Of a DNA stretch of 37,748 nt, positions 8,818-16,099 are shown in pieces. Location of the stretch: positions 1-37,748 of the IMG/VR virus record IMGVR_UViG_3300024232_000040; one strand, written 5' to 3'. The translations under genes were made by a program, and so were the position numbers. The notes beneath the pieces are model-generated. The model worked only from the letters and a program-made list of their open reading frames with translations. It did not search any database and had not been told where the DNA came from. Origin of the DNA: a virus. Taxonomy: Duplodnaviria > Caudoviricetes. Position 1 is the first letter of the stretch. The number at the start of each line of letters is the position of its first letter.

Positions 8818-8851
8818 CGTAGGGAGTCATGTATATAATTCCCACTCGAAA

Positions 8852-9420
8852 AACTAAGCTGACGCACGGCTTCAAGAATCCCTATTTTTACGTCTACGAA
8901 GGCAGTAAAAGGCGTCGCTGTAGCATGAGTGACAACGGAAGCCGCGCTGCGTTCATTTGAAAATAAATGTAACCGATGCTTGACTTTGCTGTTTCAGAAC
9001 ACTATGCTCATCCCAGATGAGCATCCTTCGTCGATCCCCGTTAGATACGTGCGGGCCGAAGTATGTTTTAGCGACTTAGCCCAAGCGGTCGCGCAGCAGT
9101 CGGCGAACTTTCGAGACGCCTTCAATCTCTCGACTTTGGGAACGAACCCTCCTCGTGTCTAAACAATCAGACGGCCTGATCCCTCTTCAGTGGTGCTCCG
9201 GCAAGGTGGAGTACGTCGATTATGTTTTCCTCTGGCTCAATCGCGGGCACTTCACTCTCAAGTTCAACAAACGAGGGAACTTGCGACGAGCATTTGAGAA
9301 GCCACGGACGAGCTTAGCGCCCCTAAGCCATGATGGGGAAGGCTTCCGGCAGGCGCTAAATGTCGGCTTCGTATTCGCTTTAAAAGGGACCCCTGGGTGC
9401 CAGTCTTCGCGGTCTATCGG
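8852..9420 (+). ncRNA. candidate large structured ncRNA, 3' part (3' end approximate)
   Basis: pairs with the 5' part; nested helices 8909-8916/9115-9122 and 8941-8951/9092-9104; hairpins 9166-9180, 9193-9214, 9259-9283, 9312-9328. Confidence 0.6.
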
Positions 9421-9427
9421 ATGAGCT

Positions 9428-9625
9428 ATGAACACGCTTCGCCTTTCCCCTGACGACTACGGACGCGGGCCGGACTACGATGCGCCAGCCGTGCGTAAGA
9501 CGGCGAATGAGGCGCGAGTCAGCGGCGGGAAGCGGTACGCGATAGAACGTTCTGAGGCGGACGACCCGGCAAAGGTGGCGTGGCTCCTGGAGTTGCAGCG
9601 CAGGCGGGAAGCTGCACGCAAGTGA
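9428..9625 (+). CDS. hypothetical protein
   Basis: first ORF after the structured region; GTGA-coupled to the next ORF. Confidence 0.5.
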   Translation: MNTLRLSPDDYGRGPDYDAPAVRKTANEARVSGGKRYAIERSEADDPAKVAWLLELQRRREAARK

Positions 9626-9840
9626 ATACGGGATGGGGACGTTGGCGCGCTCAGATCGAAAGCGACCGCGAAAAAATCGAATTTCTACTGAGCCACGAAC
9701 CGTCCGAAGTCTCGCGGCTGTGCGATTTCCTGCGGTCCATCGGGATCAAGCCGCCAGACTTCTTTGCGCGCCGGTTCCGGCCTCCATCTGGCGGATTGCT
9801 CAAGCGTGCCCCTGGCAAAACTTCGGCGGCGTCAGCGTGA
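9622..9840 (+). CDS. hypothetical protein
   Basis: GTG start overlapping the previous stop. Confidence 0.4.
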   Translation: MNTGWGRWRAQIESDREKIEFLLSHEPSEVSRLCDFLRSIGIKPPDFFARRFRPPSGGLLKRAPGKTSAASA

Positions 9841-10120
9841 ATGGCAACCCTCTGGAGCGACGGAGCAAAGCGCGACAAGAACGAAACGGCGCGGCTACTG
9901 TATCGCCAAAGCGTTCTCGCGCAAGCCACGGAGCTATATCGCGAGCGGGAACTACAGAGTCTCAGGTTGGTGAACGAATGGCTAAGGAGCATCCTGAAGC
10001 CCAAGGCGAAGTCAGCTACGTCATCGTCAAGCTAGCGTGGTTTTTCTACGCTTTCAGGACGGATGATCGCTGCATTGCCAGTGGATTGACTGAGGAAATC
10101 GCGCGCGAAAGGGCGGACAA

Positions 10121-10291
10121 ATGGGTTTTGGAATATTTGGTCTAGAACTTCTTACGGCGGCGGTCGCCTTCGCGCTGGGATACCAGCTTGCGATTGGCCG
10201 CAAGATCAAATCGTCGGCGGTTTCCGTATGCCCGCGTTGCTCAGGCGTCGTTCGCGGGAGCGGCGGTAAGTTCACCCGGCGCGAAAGCTAA
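10121..10291 (+). CDS. small membrane protein with CxxC
   Basis: MGFGIFGLELLTAAVAFALGYQLAIG...CPRC (56 aa, below the ORF-track cutoff). Confidence 0.45.
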   Translation: MGFGIFGLELLTAAVAFALGYQLAIGRKIKSSAVSVCPRCSGVVRGSGGKFTRRES

Positions 10292-10592
10292 TCACCATCG
10301 AAAATTTATCCGCGACCAAGAGGAACGCAAAAAACTCTCGGAGCTTCTCGACTCCCACGTTCAATCCGCTAAGGAAGGACTAAGCACGAAAGGCTCATCG
10401 TGGAAGATGGCCCTCGCGGACCTGAAGCACGCCGCCGCACTCGATGCGACCTTGACCAAAACCGCTTACTGGATTACCGACGCTGGCAGGAAATTAGTGC
10501 CGACTCAGGCAATCGACCACATCAACGGAAACCCGTACGACAACCGCCCCGAGAACTTGCGTATCGTGACGCTGAAGGAAAACAACCGATGA
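10188..10592 (+). CDS. protein ending in an HNH motif remnant (start uncertain)
   Basis: IDHINGNPYDNRPENLRIVT at the C-terminus. Confidence 0.5.
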   Translation: MRLAARSNRRRFPYARVAQASFAGAAVSSPGAKANHHRKFIRDQEERKKLSELLDSHVQSAKEGLSTKGSSWKMALADLKHAAALDATLTKTAYWITDAGRKLVPTQAIDHINGNPYDNRPENLRIVTLKENNR

Positions 10593-10958
10593 GCTACGAC
10601 ATATCTGAATGATGCGGACGGAGAAACTCTTAATCTCCCGTCTCGCCACGTCCTAAAAGGCGGAACCTATGCACTCGGAGGAACATCCCAAGCATGGCTG
10701 AATATCACTTACAACTACGCGCCATTTTTTTACAAGCTGATCGACGCAGAGAAAGGAATCCGCGCGATCTACGGCAAAACTGGGCGTGAGTGCATTCCTA
10801 TTCTAGAATCCGCCATCAAGGAACTCGGCACGGAACGCGATACGGACTACTGGAAGGCGACGCCGGGGAATGCTGGTGCGGCACTAGCCGACCTGCTAAC
10901 GCTTGCAGTCGCTTTACCTGACGGCATAGACCTTCCTCGATCCATCCGTTCGCCTTGA
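10589..10958 (+). pseudogene. conserved phage hypothetical protein, frameshifted near 10603 and C-terminally truncated
   Basis: AAGGA RBS; MSYDI then frame change to LNDADGET...KGGTYALGGTSQAWLNITYNY...GIRAIYGKTG...DYWKATPGNA...LPDG. Confidence 0.7.
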
Positions 10959-11127
10959 GGATGTTCAGGGTGGTTGTCATCGGCAAGCGGCGCAATCGTC
11001 CGGCAGGCTTAATATCGCCGGAATACGTCCCGCGCGTCGAGATCGCATCGCGAAGTATCTCAAGCTGAGTCACGCTCGGTTGAGCGCGTTGCAATCGGGC
11101 TTTGATCGCGTCGAGTCGTTCGCTCAT
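10928..11127 (-). pseudogene. truncated hypothetical protein (winged-helix-like)
   Basis: MSERLDAIK...TQLEILR...TTLNILKANGWIE, then runs antisense into the plus-strand gene. Confidence 0.4.
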
Positions 11128-11219
11128 TTGGTCAGCCTCCAGACGGCATACAGCGCGAAGTAAACGCCCAACAGGTAGCAGCCCCATTGCGCGGCGGTCA
11201 GGATGTAGGCGAGCGTCAT
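11124..11219 (-). CDS. tiny membrane peptide
   Basis: MTLAYILTAAQWGCYLLGVYFALYAVWRLTK; AGGAG RBS; ATGA-coupled. Confidence 0.5.
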   Translation of the reverse strand: MTLAYILTAAQWGCYLLGVYFALYAVWRLTK

Positions 11220-11578
11220 ATGGCCAACTCCTGGCGGATTTTTTGCTTGGCCGATTCCACACGGATCGCGGCGAGCATTTCGCGTTTCTCGGCTTCGAGT
11301 TTGTTCTGGTCGATGCCGAAGTAGCGGGCGAGTCGCTCGGGGATTGATTGGTGATCGAATAGCAGGCGGTCGCCGTTGCGCTTCGAGATTCTCGCGAGCA
11401 CTACGCCGTCCTCTTGCAGCCATTCGAGAAACGCGCCGATCTGCTGGGAATACTCGCTGATCGATTTCAACCGGTCATGCTCGGGATACTCCGATCCGGT
11501 GCAGTCGGCTCCGTGATGGCCACAGATTGAGCAGCGGCCATGCTTGATTTTTACGTGCGTGATCTGCGGCGGCGTCAT
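11216..11578 (-). CDS. hypothetical phage protein
   Basis: SQQIGAFLEWL...LARYFGID...LEAEKREML; coupled to both neighbours. Confidence 0.7.
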   Translation of the reverse strand: MTPPQITHVKIKHGRCSICGHHGADCTGSEYPEHDRLKSISEYSQQIGAFLEWLQEDGVVLARISKRNGDRLLFDHQSIPERLARYFGIDQNKLEAEKREMLAAIRVESAKQKIRQELAI

Positions 11579-11937
11579 ACGGCGGCTCCGTGATAGTGGC
11601 GGTCGCTGGTCTTTGGCGTGTCCGTCTCGCCTAAGATCGTTTGTACGTCGATGACTTGGCCGGGTTCGATCTCATCGAAGTGATCGCGAATCCAGTTGTG
11701 CGCGACGTGGTAGGTCCTGAGGTTTTGTCCCCATGCGAACGGGTCGATATGCGCGTCGCACGGTTCGCCTCCGGCAATCTTGACCAATACGACATAGGCT
11801 TTCTGGTCTTCGATCTCGCGGCCATAACCGGCTGAGGACATCAGCCAACGTTCTTGGTCGTTGTCTGATCCAAGCTGTACGCAGAGGGCCGGAATAAAAG
11901 TGTTTTTGTCCCGGATCTCGACTATCTTTGAGAGCAT
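11575..11937 (-). CDS. hypothetical phage protein
   Basis: AAGGAG RBS; EIRDKNTFIP...DPFAW...GQVIDV. Confidence 0.75.
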   Translation of the reverse strand: MLSKIVEIRDKNTFIPALCVQLGSDNDQERWLMSSAGYGREIEDQKAYVVLVKIAGGEPCDAHIDPFAWGQNLRTYHVAHNWIRDHFDEIEPGQVIDVQTILGETDTPKTSDRHYHGAAV

Positions 11938-12064
11938 CTGATTTTCTCCTTGATTTTGGTTTGTGCCTCAGATTAACGTACTGAGGCGGCGTCGCTAACC
12001 AAGCGGGTCACGATTAGCCGCGCTGGAGAAACCCAGCGAAGCCGGGAAACAAGCGCAGCGAATG

Positions 12065-12346
12065 TCATTGAGCGGCCTTTAGTGCGGCGCGGGCATCATC
12101 CTTAGCCCGCTGAACACAATCTCCGCACCATCGGCAATTGTGACCGTAAGGCGGCGGACTGATACGAGCTTCGTAATACGCCAAGTTTTGCAGCGCCTCG
12201 ATAAGTTGAGGCGTGGCGGCGATCTTTCGAGCGTGCGCGGCGGCTTCCTCATCCGTGAAGTTCGAGTGTGCCGAGTAGCAATAACAGATGCGCCGGTCGC
12301 CTTCGAACACAACGAAGTCGGCGCGCTTGTCAACGTGCCAGTTCAT
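12065..12346 (-). CDS. small phage protein (AAP-LLEAL type)
   Basis: GGAGG RBS; HARKIAATPQLIEAL...ARAALKAA. Confidence 0.65.
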   Translation of the reverse strand: MNWHVDKRADFVVFEGDRRICYCYSAHSNFTDEEAAAHARKIAATPQLIEALQNLAYYEARISPPPYGHNCRWCGDCVQRAKDDARAALKAAQ

Positions 12347-12672
12347 TGGACCTCCCCGGCTGCTTTCAGCGCATCCTGAATTACGGTTTCCAGGTCCAAT
12401 AGCGTTTCGCATTTCGCGCCTTTTTGTTCCGGCGTGCGGCTAGATCCATCGGGAATCCAGCAAGCGGCCTCCTTCAGCGCCGCGATTAGTAGCGGGTGGG
12501 ATTCGCGCATCCGGCGATCTGCCTCGTAATCTGCGTTTGACAACCTCCCGATAAAGGATCGGGTTTTGTCATCCAGTCCGTAAGGAACGTAATCGGCGCA
12601 TTTTGGGTGAAATACGATTGCCGCTAATTGCATGATTAGCTGGTCGGCATCTTTAAGCGTTGGCTTGCTCAT
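12343..12672 (-). CDS. hypothetical protein
   Basis: GGAGG RBS before MSKPTLKD; ATGA-coupled. Confidence 0.6.
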   Translation of the reverse strand: MSKPTLKDADQLIMQLAAIVFHPKCADYVPYGLDDKTRSFIGRLSNADYEADRRMRESHPLLIAALKEAACWIPDGSSRTPEQKGAKCETLLDLETVIQDALKAAGEVQ

Positions 12673-12854
12673 TGCGTTACCTCCCAAGGTTCCGCGATCT
12701 GCTCGGCAAGCACGGCGGCAGGCTGGGGGAATCGCTCCACCGGCATTGGACAGTTGCCACAGCAGCAAAGTGGCGGGTGGGTGCAAACGTCCCCGGTGAC
12801 CGGCGAGAAATAACCGAACAGCGAAGCTTGATCGGCTGAGGCGCGGCGCATCAT
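12669..12854 (-). CDS. small Cys-rich protein
   Basis: CTHPPLCCCGNC; coupled. Confidence 0.45.
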   Translation of the reverse strand: MMRRASADQASLFGYFSPVTGDVCTHPPLCCCGNCPMPVERFPQPAAVLAEQIAEPWEVTQ

Positions 12855-13096
12855 CAGAGCACCTCGAAAAAAAGGCAGTCGCCTTCAGCGAATTGAGCGG
12901 GGGATTCTTTGTCGCCAAGCTCGCGCGAGATAAGCAGCGTATCCGTCCAGCGATACAGCCACAGGTCGTCAAGCGGGGCATCGAAGCGAACTTTTAATTT
13001 CTTCCCCGTTGCGATCATCTCCAGAATTGTGGCATCCAGCTTTACCGGACTGCCCTTGATGCGCAATTTGATGCGCTGAATCTTCTTTTCTGACAT
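12854..13096 (-). CDS. hypothetical protein
   Basis: AAGGAG RBS; downstream of the promoter at 13138-13165. Confidence 0.65.
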   Translation of the reverse strand: MSEKKIQRIKLRIKGSPVKLDATILEMIATGKKLKVRFDAPLDDLWLYRWTDTLLISRELGDKESPAQFAEGDCLFFEVL

Positions 13097-13137
13097 TTTG
13101 ATTTTCTCCTTCTGTGCCGTGGTTGGCGGCTAGGTTA

Positions 13138-13165
13138 ATAATAACATCATGACGTAATTAGTCAA
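13138..13165 (-). promoter_or_regulatory. sigma70-type promoter
   Basis: minus strand TTGACT-16 bp-TATTAT with TGn extension. Confidence 0.7.
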
Positions 13166-13389
13166 GTGTTTTTCGCTGCTAAACGTTTCCTGATTGCTTC
13201 CCGGTGAGCGGCCTTTCTTTCCTCGGTCCACTTCTTTCCTTTCGGCCACCCCTTGAAGCGCTTTTTTAGGCTGCTAGTGTAGGAACCGATCAGGCTTTTC
13301 ATGTTCTCCTTGTCGAGTAACGCGGCAAGGTTTCGTACTTGGTCTTGCGTCAATGGCGCATGGCACTTCGGGCATGTGGGTTTAGGCAA
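13162..13389 (-). CDS. small basic protein (CxxC; NUMOD3-like tail)
   Basis: CPKC; KGKKWTEERKAAHREA. Confidence 0.55.
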   Translation of the reverse strand: MPKPTCPKCHAPLTQDQVRNLAALLDKENMKSLIGSYTSSLKKRFKGWPKGKKWTEERKAAHREAIRKRLAAKNT

Positions 13390-13390
13390 G

Positions 13391-14077
13391 CTAGCGGACC
13401 TCCAGGTTGAGGAGCGCTACGCCTGGGGATTTCATTTCAATCAGGACATCGAGCGCACACTTAGCGCCAAGGTTTAGGTATTTGTCGCGGGCCTTGGATT
13501 TGGCGTATGCGGCTGCGTATGCGGCTGCGGCTGCGGCTGCGGCTGCGGCTGCGTATGCGGCTGCGTATGCGGCTGCGGCTGCGGCTGCGTATGCGGCTGC
13601 GTCTGCGGCTGCGTCTGCGTCTGCGGCTGCGTACAGAAGATCGCGGGCGGCGCGTGCCGCTTCCTTCGTGCCTTCTGCCTCGCAACGGTCGGCAGCGGCG
13701 AGCAATTCAGGCTTGTTAGGGTAGAGATCGCGTATCAGCGTCGGCACCAAAACGCGGATCAGTTTTTCGGCGAGCTTCGTTACAAACTCGCGATCATTGA
13801 TGGTTCCTTTGCTCCCGAGTTGGGCTAACCCTAGATCGCGCAAGCCAGCAGCGCGGGCGGCGGGGCTAGACCATTTCTTGTCATTGAGCGCGATCTTGAA
13901 AGATCGCACAGAGGATGCAACACATCCGGGGTCATCGCCATGCGGCAAGCCGAGAACGTTGCAGATAGCGGCCTCGATGCACATTTGGCCGTCAGGGTTT
14001 CCGACGCCATTGCTCAAACCGCGAGCTAATACTGCGTCGAATTTCTCAACATCGAACTGTTTTACTTCAAAGGGCAT
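13391..14077 (-). CDS. phage protein with an Ala/Tyr low-complexity tract
   Basis: AGGAG RBS; MCIEAA...DDPGCV N-terminal domain; AAADADAAAYAAA tract. Confidence 0.75.
   Translation of the reverse strand: MPFEVKQFDVEKFDAVLARGLSNGVGNPDGQMCIEAAICNVLGLPHGDDPGCVASSVRSFKIALNDKKWSSPAARAAGLRDLGLAQLGSKGTINDREFVTKLAEKLIRVLVPTLIRDLYPNKPELLAAADRCEAEGTKEAARAARDLLYAAADADAAADAAAYAAAAAAAYAAAYAAAAAAAAAAAYAAAYAKSKARDKYLNLGAKCALDVLIEMKSPGVALLNLEVR
13504..13630. repeat. tandem 6-bp-unit repeat (TGCGGC/TGCGTA/TGCGTC)
   Basis: about 20 hexamer units encoding AA/AY/AD on the minus strand. Confidence 0.9.
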
Positions 14078-14105
14078 TGATTTCTCCTAGGTTGGTGGTT
14101 CTTTT

Positions 14106-14291
14106 TCAAACATCATTCCAGTCCGGCTCATCGTAGGAATATTCAACAAACTTCCAGGTGTCCGGGTCAAAATCGATCTCGCATTCTTCACAGGGTCCTT
14201 CGTCGGCCATGATGCAGTTGATGTCCGGCGAGTTTTCGATTACGCGAAAGCTGTTCGCGTGTCCGTTCGGGCAAGTCCAGCAGGCGTTCAT
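14106..14291 (-). CDS. small acidic zinc-ribbon-like protein
   Basis: CPNGH...CEEC. Confidence 0.55.
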   Translation of the reverse strand: MNACWTCPNGHANSFRVIENSPDINCIMADEGPCEECEIDFDPDTWKFVEYSYDEPDWNDV

Positions 14292-14488
14292 GAGTCGCCC
14301 ATCCGCAATGAATTGGTGATTGTTTCGCGCACGGTTCCGCTGTACAGAACCATCTCGCGATATCCGTACCAGTCGCAGAGGATTTGCATTACCTCTTGGC
14401 CTGAAAAGCCGGACTTGTTGATGTCCTTCTGTAGCTGGTCGATACGTTGCTCTTTCGTTCGTGGCAGCGGTCGGCGTCCCTTAGGCAT
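14288..14488 (-). CDS. hypothetical protein
   Basis: AGGAG RBS; coupled. Confidence 0.55.
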   Translation of the reverse strand: MPKGRRPLPRTKEQRIDQLQKDINKSGFSGQEVMQILCDWYGYREMVLYSGTVRETITNSLRMGDS

Positions 14489-14876
14489 TCATCGCTCCTT
14501 CGATGCAAGCGACAAACGCCTTGAGGTTAGCTAGTTCTGGCTTCGCTTGTTTGATAGCCTCCGCGACGGCTCCGGCTGGCGTGTCGGCATGGCCTATCCA
14601 TTGACCTCCGAGAATGGCCATGTAGCTTTTTTCGCTAGTCAGGCTATCAGTGCAGCAGCTAACGTCTAAGCGCTTCGCCTGATTGACGGCGCAATAGTGC
14701 CAGCCGAGGTTTTCATGGACGCGCGCTTTCCAGCCGGGTCCAAGGGTTTTCACGAGTGCGGCGGCGTCACGTTTCGCTTTCTGGTAGGCTTCCCAAGTGC
14801 ATCGGCCTCCGCAAGCTGGCGCACAGTAGAAACGTCCGTTGCGGCGCGCCTTCCAGTCAAGGGCGGATTTCGGCAT
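14481..14876 (-). CDS. hypothetical phage protein
   Basis: GGAGG RBS; YCAPACGGRCT...W..RVHENLGWHY. Confidence 0.7.
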   Translation of the reverse strand: MPKSALDWKARRNGRFYCAPACGGRCTWEAYQKAKRDAAALVKTLGPGWKARVHENLGWHYCAVNQAKRLDVSCCTDSLTSEKSYMAILGGQWIGHADTPAGAVAEAIKQAKPELANLKAFVACIEGAMNA

Positions 14877-14877
14877 T

Positions 14878-15210
14878 TCAGTTTCCTCCTAGGATTACGC
14901 GCGCGATGTTTCGCTCGTAGCAGGCGGCGAGGTCTTCGGGTTGCTCCTCGATCAGCAGATAGTACTGCTGCTCGCGTTCGCCGTCCATGACAAACCCGCT
15001 GTAGCCGCAATCGTTGAGATAATTGGGGCGTTTCTCCCAAGTCCAGTACAGCCAGTTTTCAGGGCCGCGTCTTTCATGTTTCTTCCGGCGCACTTCGACA
15101 GATAGCAGGCGTGTCTTGTGCGGCACGTCTCGCGTTAGCGGTCGGTCGTGCTCGCCATATTCAAACCGCGTAATCCCTAGGTCGATGTCCTGCGTTTTCT
15201 CTTGTGCCAT
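14878..15210 (-). CDS. hypothetical protein
   Basis: GAGGAG RBS before MAQEKT. Confidence 0.6.
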   Translation of the reverse strand: MAQEKTQDIDLGITRFEYGEHDRPLTRDVPHKTRLLSVEVRRKKHERRGPENWLYWTWEKRPNYLNDCGYSGFVMDGEREQQYYLLIEEQPEDLAACYERNIARVILGGN

Positions 15211-15294
15211 TTTTTTCTCCTCAATCTGGGTTAGGTTAAACCCCACCGGGCCGCGCAGGTGGCGCGGCGCGATAGGATCTCCTAGAATCCGGTT

Positions 15295-15480
15295 TTAAAA
15301 CGGCGCTTGCGAAAGGTCGAAAAAGATTCCTTCGGGCGCGTCGTCTGGTTTCTTGTTTGGGTCAAACTTGAAAGTAATCATGCGGTCGTCGGTCTCGGTA
15401 AAGCTTTCGACTGCTGGGCACTTGTTCAAGTACTCCCGTATATCGGGCTGGTTCCTAGCTATTCCTATCGTTGATCTCAC
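15295..15480 (-). CDS. hypothetical protein
   Basis: AAGGAG RBS and GTG start. Confidence 0.5.
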   Translation of the reverse strand: MRSTIGIARNQPDIREYLNKCPAVESFTETDDRMITFKFDPNKKPDDAPEGIFFDLSQAPF

Positions 15481-15485
15481 CTCCT

Positions 15486-15743
15486 TTACTGATTCGCTTC
15501 TAGCAGGCGCGCGGCGTGCTTGATTGCGGCCTCGCAGGACTTGATAAGCTCCTTCAGCGCTTCGTTGCTGTCTTGCTGTGACTTCACGTCCGGCAGCGCC
15601 TTGAATCGCGCGCAGGCGGTTTCTAGCGCCATGCCGATACGCTGATAGGTTAAGAACGTGTTCGCGACCGTGAGCCGTGGCAGTTCGGGCGGTTCCTCGG
15701 CGTGCTTCGCGAGGATCGAATCGAGGGCGGGCGATGTCGTCAT
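15486..15743 (-). CDS. hypothetical protein
   Basis: ORF in the co-oriented array. Confidence 0.55.
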   Translation of the reverse strand: MTTSPALDSILAKHAEEPPELPRLTVANTFLTYQRIGMALETACARFKALPDVKSQQDSNEALKELIKSCEAAIKHAARLLEANQ

Positions 15744-15798
15744 GCTGACACCTTCACAATCCGGCAGGGCGTGCTAGCCGAAAAGCACAAGCCATGTG

Positions 15799-16032
15799 TT
15801 AGCCATTGCCGTAAGCTCCTACGCTGATGCCAGTCTTTGCGGTCAGCGCAAACGCGGCGTCTAGGTCTGGATCGGCCTTCTGGAAGGCAAATGCAGGAAC
15901 GTAGCCGCGAAAGCCGTCTGCTTGTCGCCGGTAAATCCAGAGTCCCTCCCAAAGCGTCCCGTGGTTGCGATAGGTGGCATGGTGAAATTCCCCGCTCGCT
16001 AAGAGCGCCTGTAGCTGTTCAAGTTTCGTCAT
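15799..16032 (-). CDS. hypothetical protein
   Basis: AGGAG RBS. Confidence 0.6.
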   Translation of the reverse strand: MTKLEQLQALLASGEFHHATYRNHGTLWEGLWIYRRQADGFRGYVPAFAFQKADPDLDAAFALTAKTGISVGAYGNG

Positions 16033-16099
16033 TGAGCGTTTCTCCTGTTGGGTAGGTTAACCCCGCAAGGGTGCGACTCGCGCACCCCTACAGAATCCC

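Larger units (their letters stand above)
6625..8843 (+). mobile_element. IS1595-family element with passenger genes (2219 bp)
   Basis: 23-bp TIRs GGGATTTATATACATGACTCCCT (6625-6647) and AGGGAGTCATGTATATAATTCCC (8821-8843), 22/23 match; 8-bp target duplication ACTCGAAT (6617-6624) / ACTCGAAA (8844-8851). Confidence 0.92.

Noticed and set aside
6539-8874. Group II intron domain V (GAGCCGTG...CACGGCTTC) or RNase P (GAAAACCGGGCTCC)
   Set aside because: There is no domain V bulge or short loop and no RT gene, and the RNase P P4 partner sequence is absent. The resemblance is superficial.
6437-8875. 812-aa minus-strand ORF spanning the IS
   Set aside because: It is an antisense shadow of four plus-strand genes that share one frame. 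It crosses both IS ends and has no recognisable motifs.
8929-9435. ORFs 8929-9162, 9155-9424 and 9220-9435 (also 6384-6641)
   Set aside because: They have no RBS or motifs, and the region is better explained by RNA structure. They are not formally excluded.
13504-13630. CRISPR array or DGR repeat
   Set aside because: It is a simple coding microsatellite with no spacers. No cas or RT gene and no TR/VR pair were seen in the window.
13461-13724. RS-rich and RL-rich ORFs
   Set aside because: Alternative-frame readings of the hexamer repeat.
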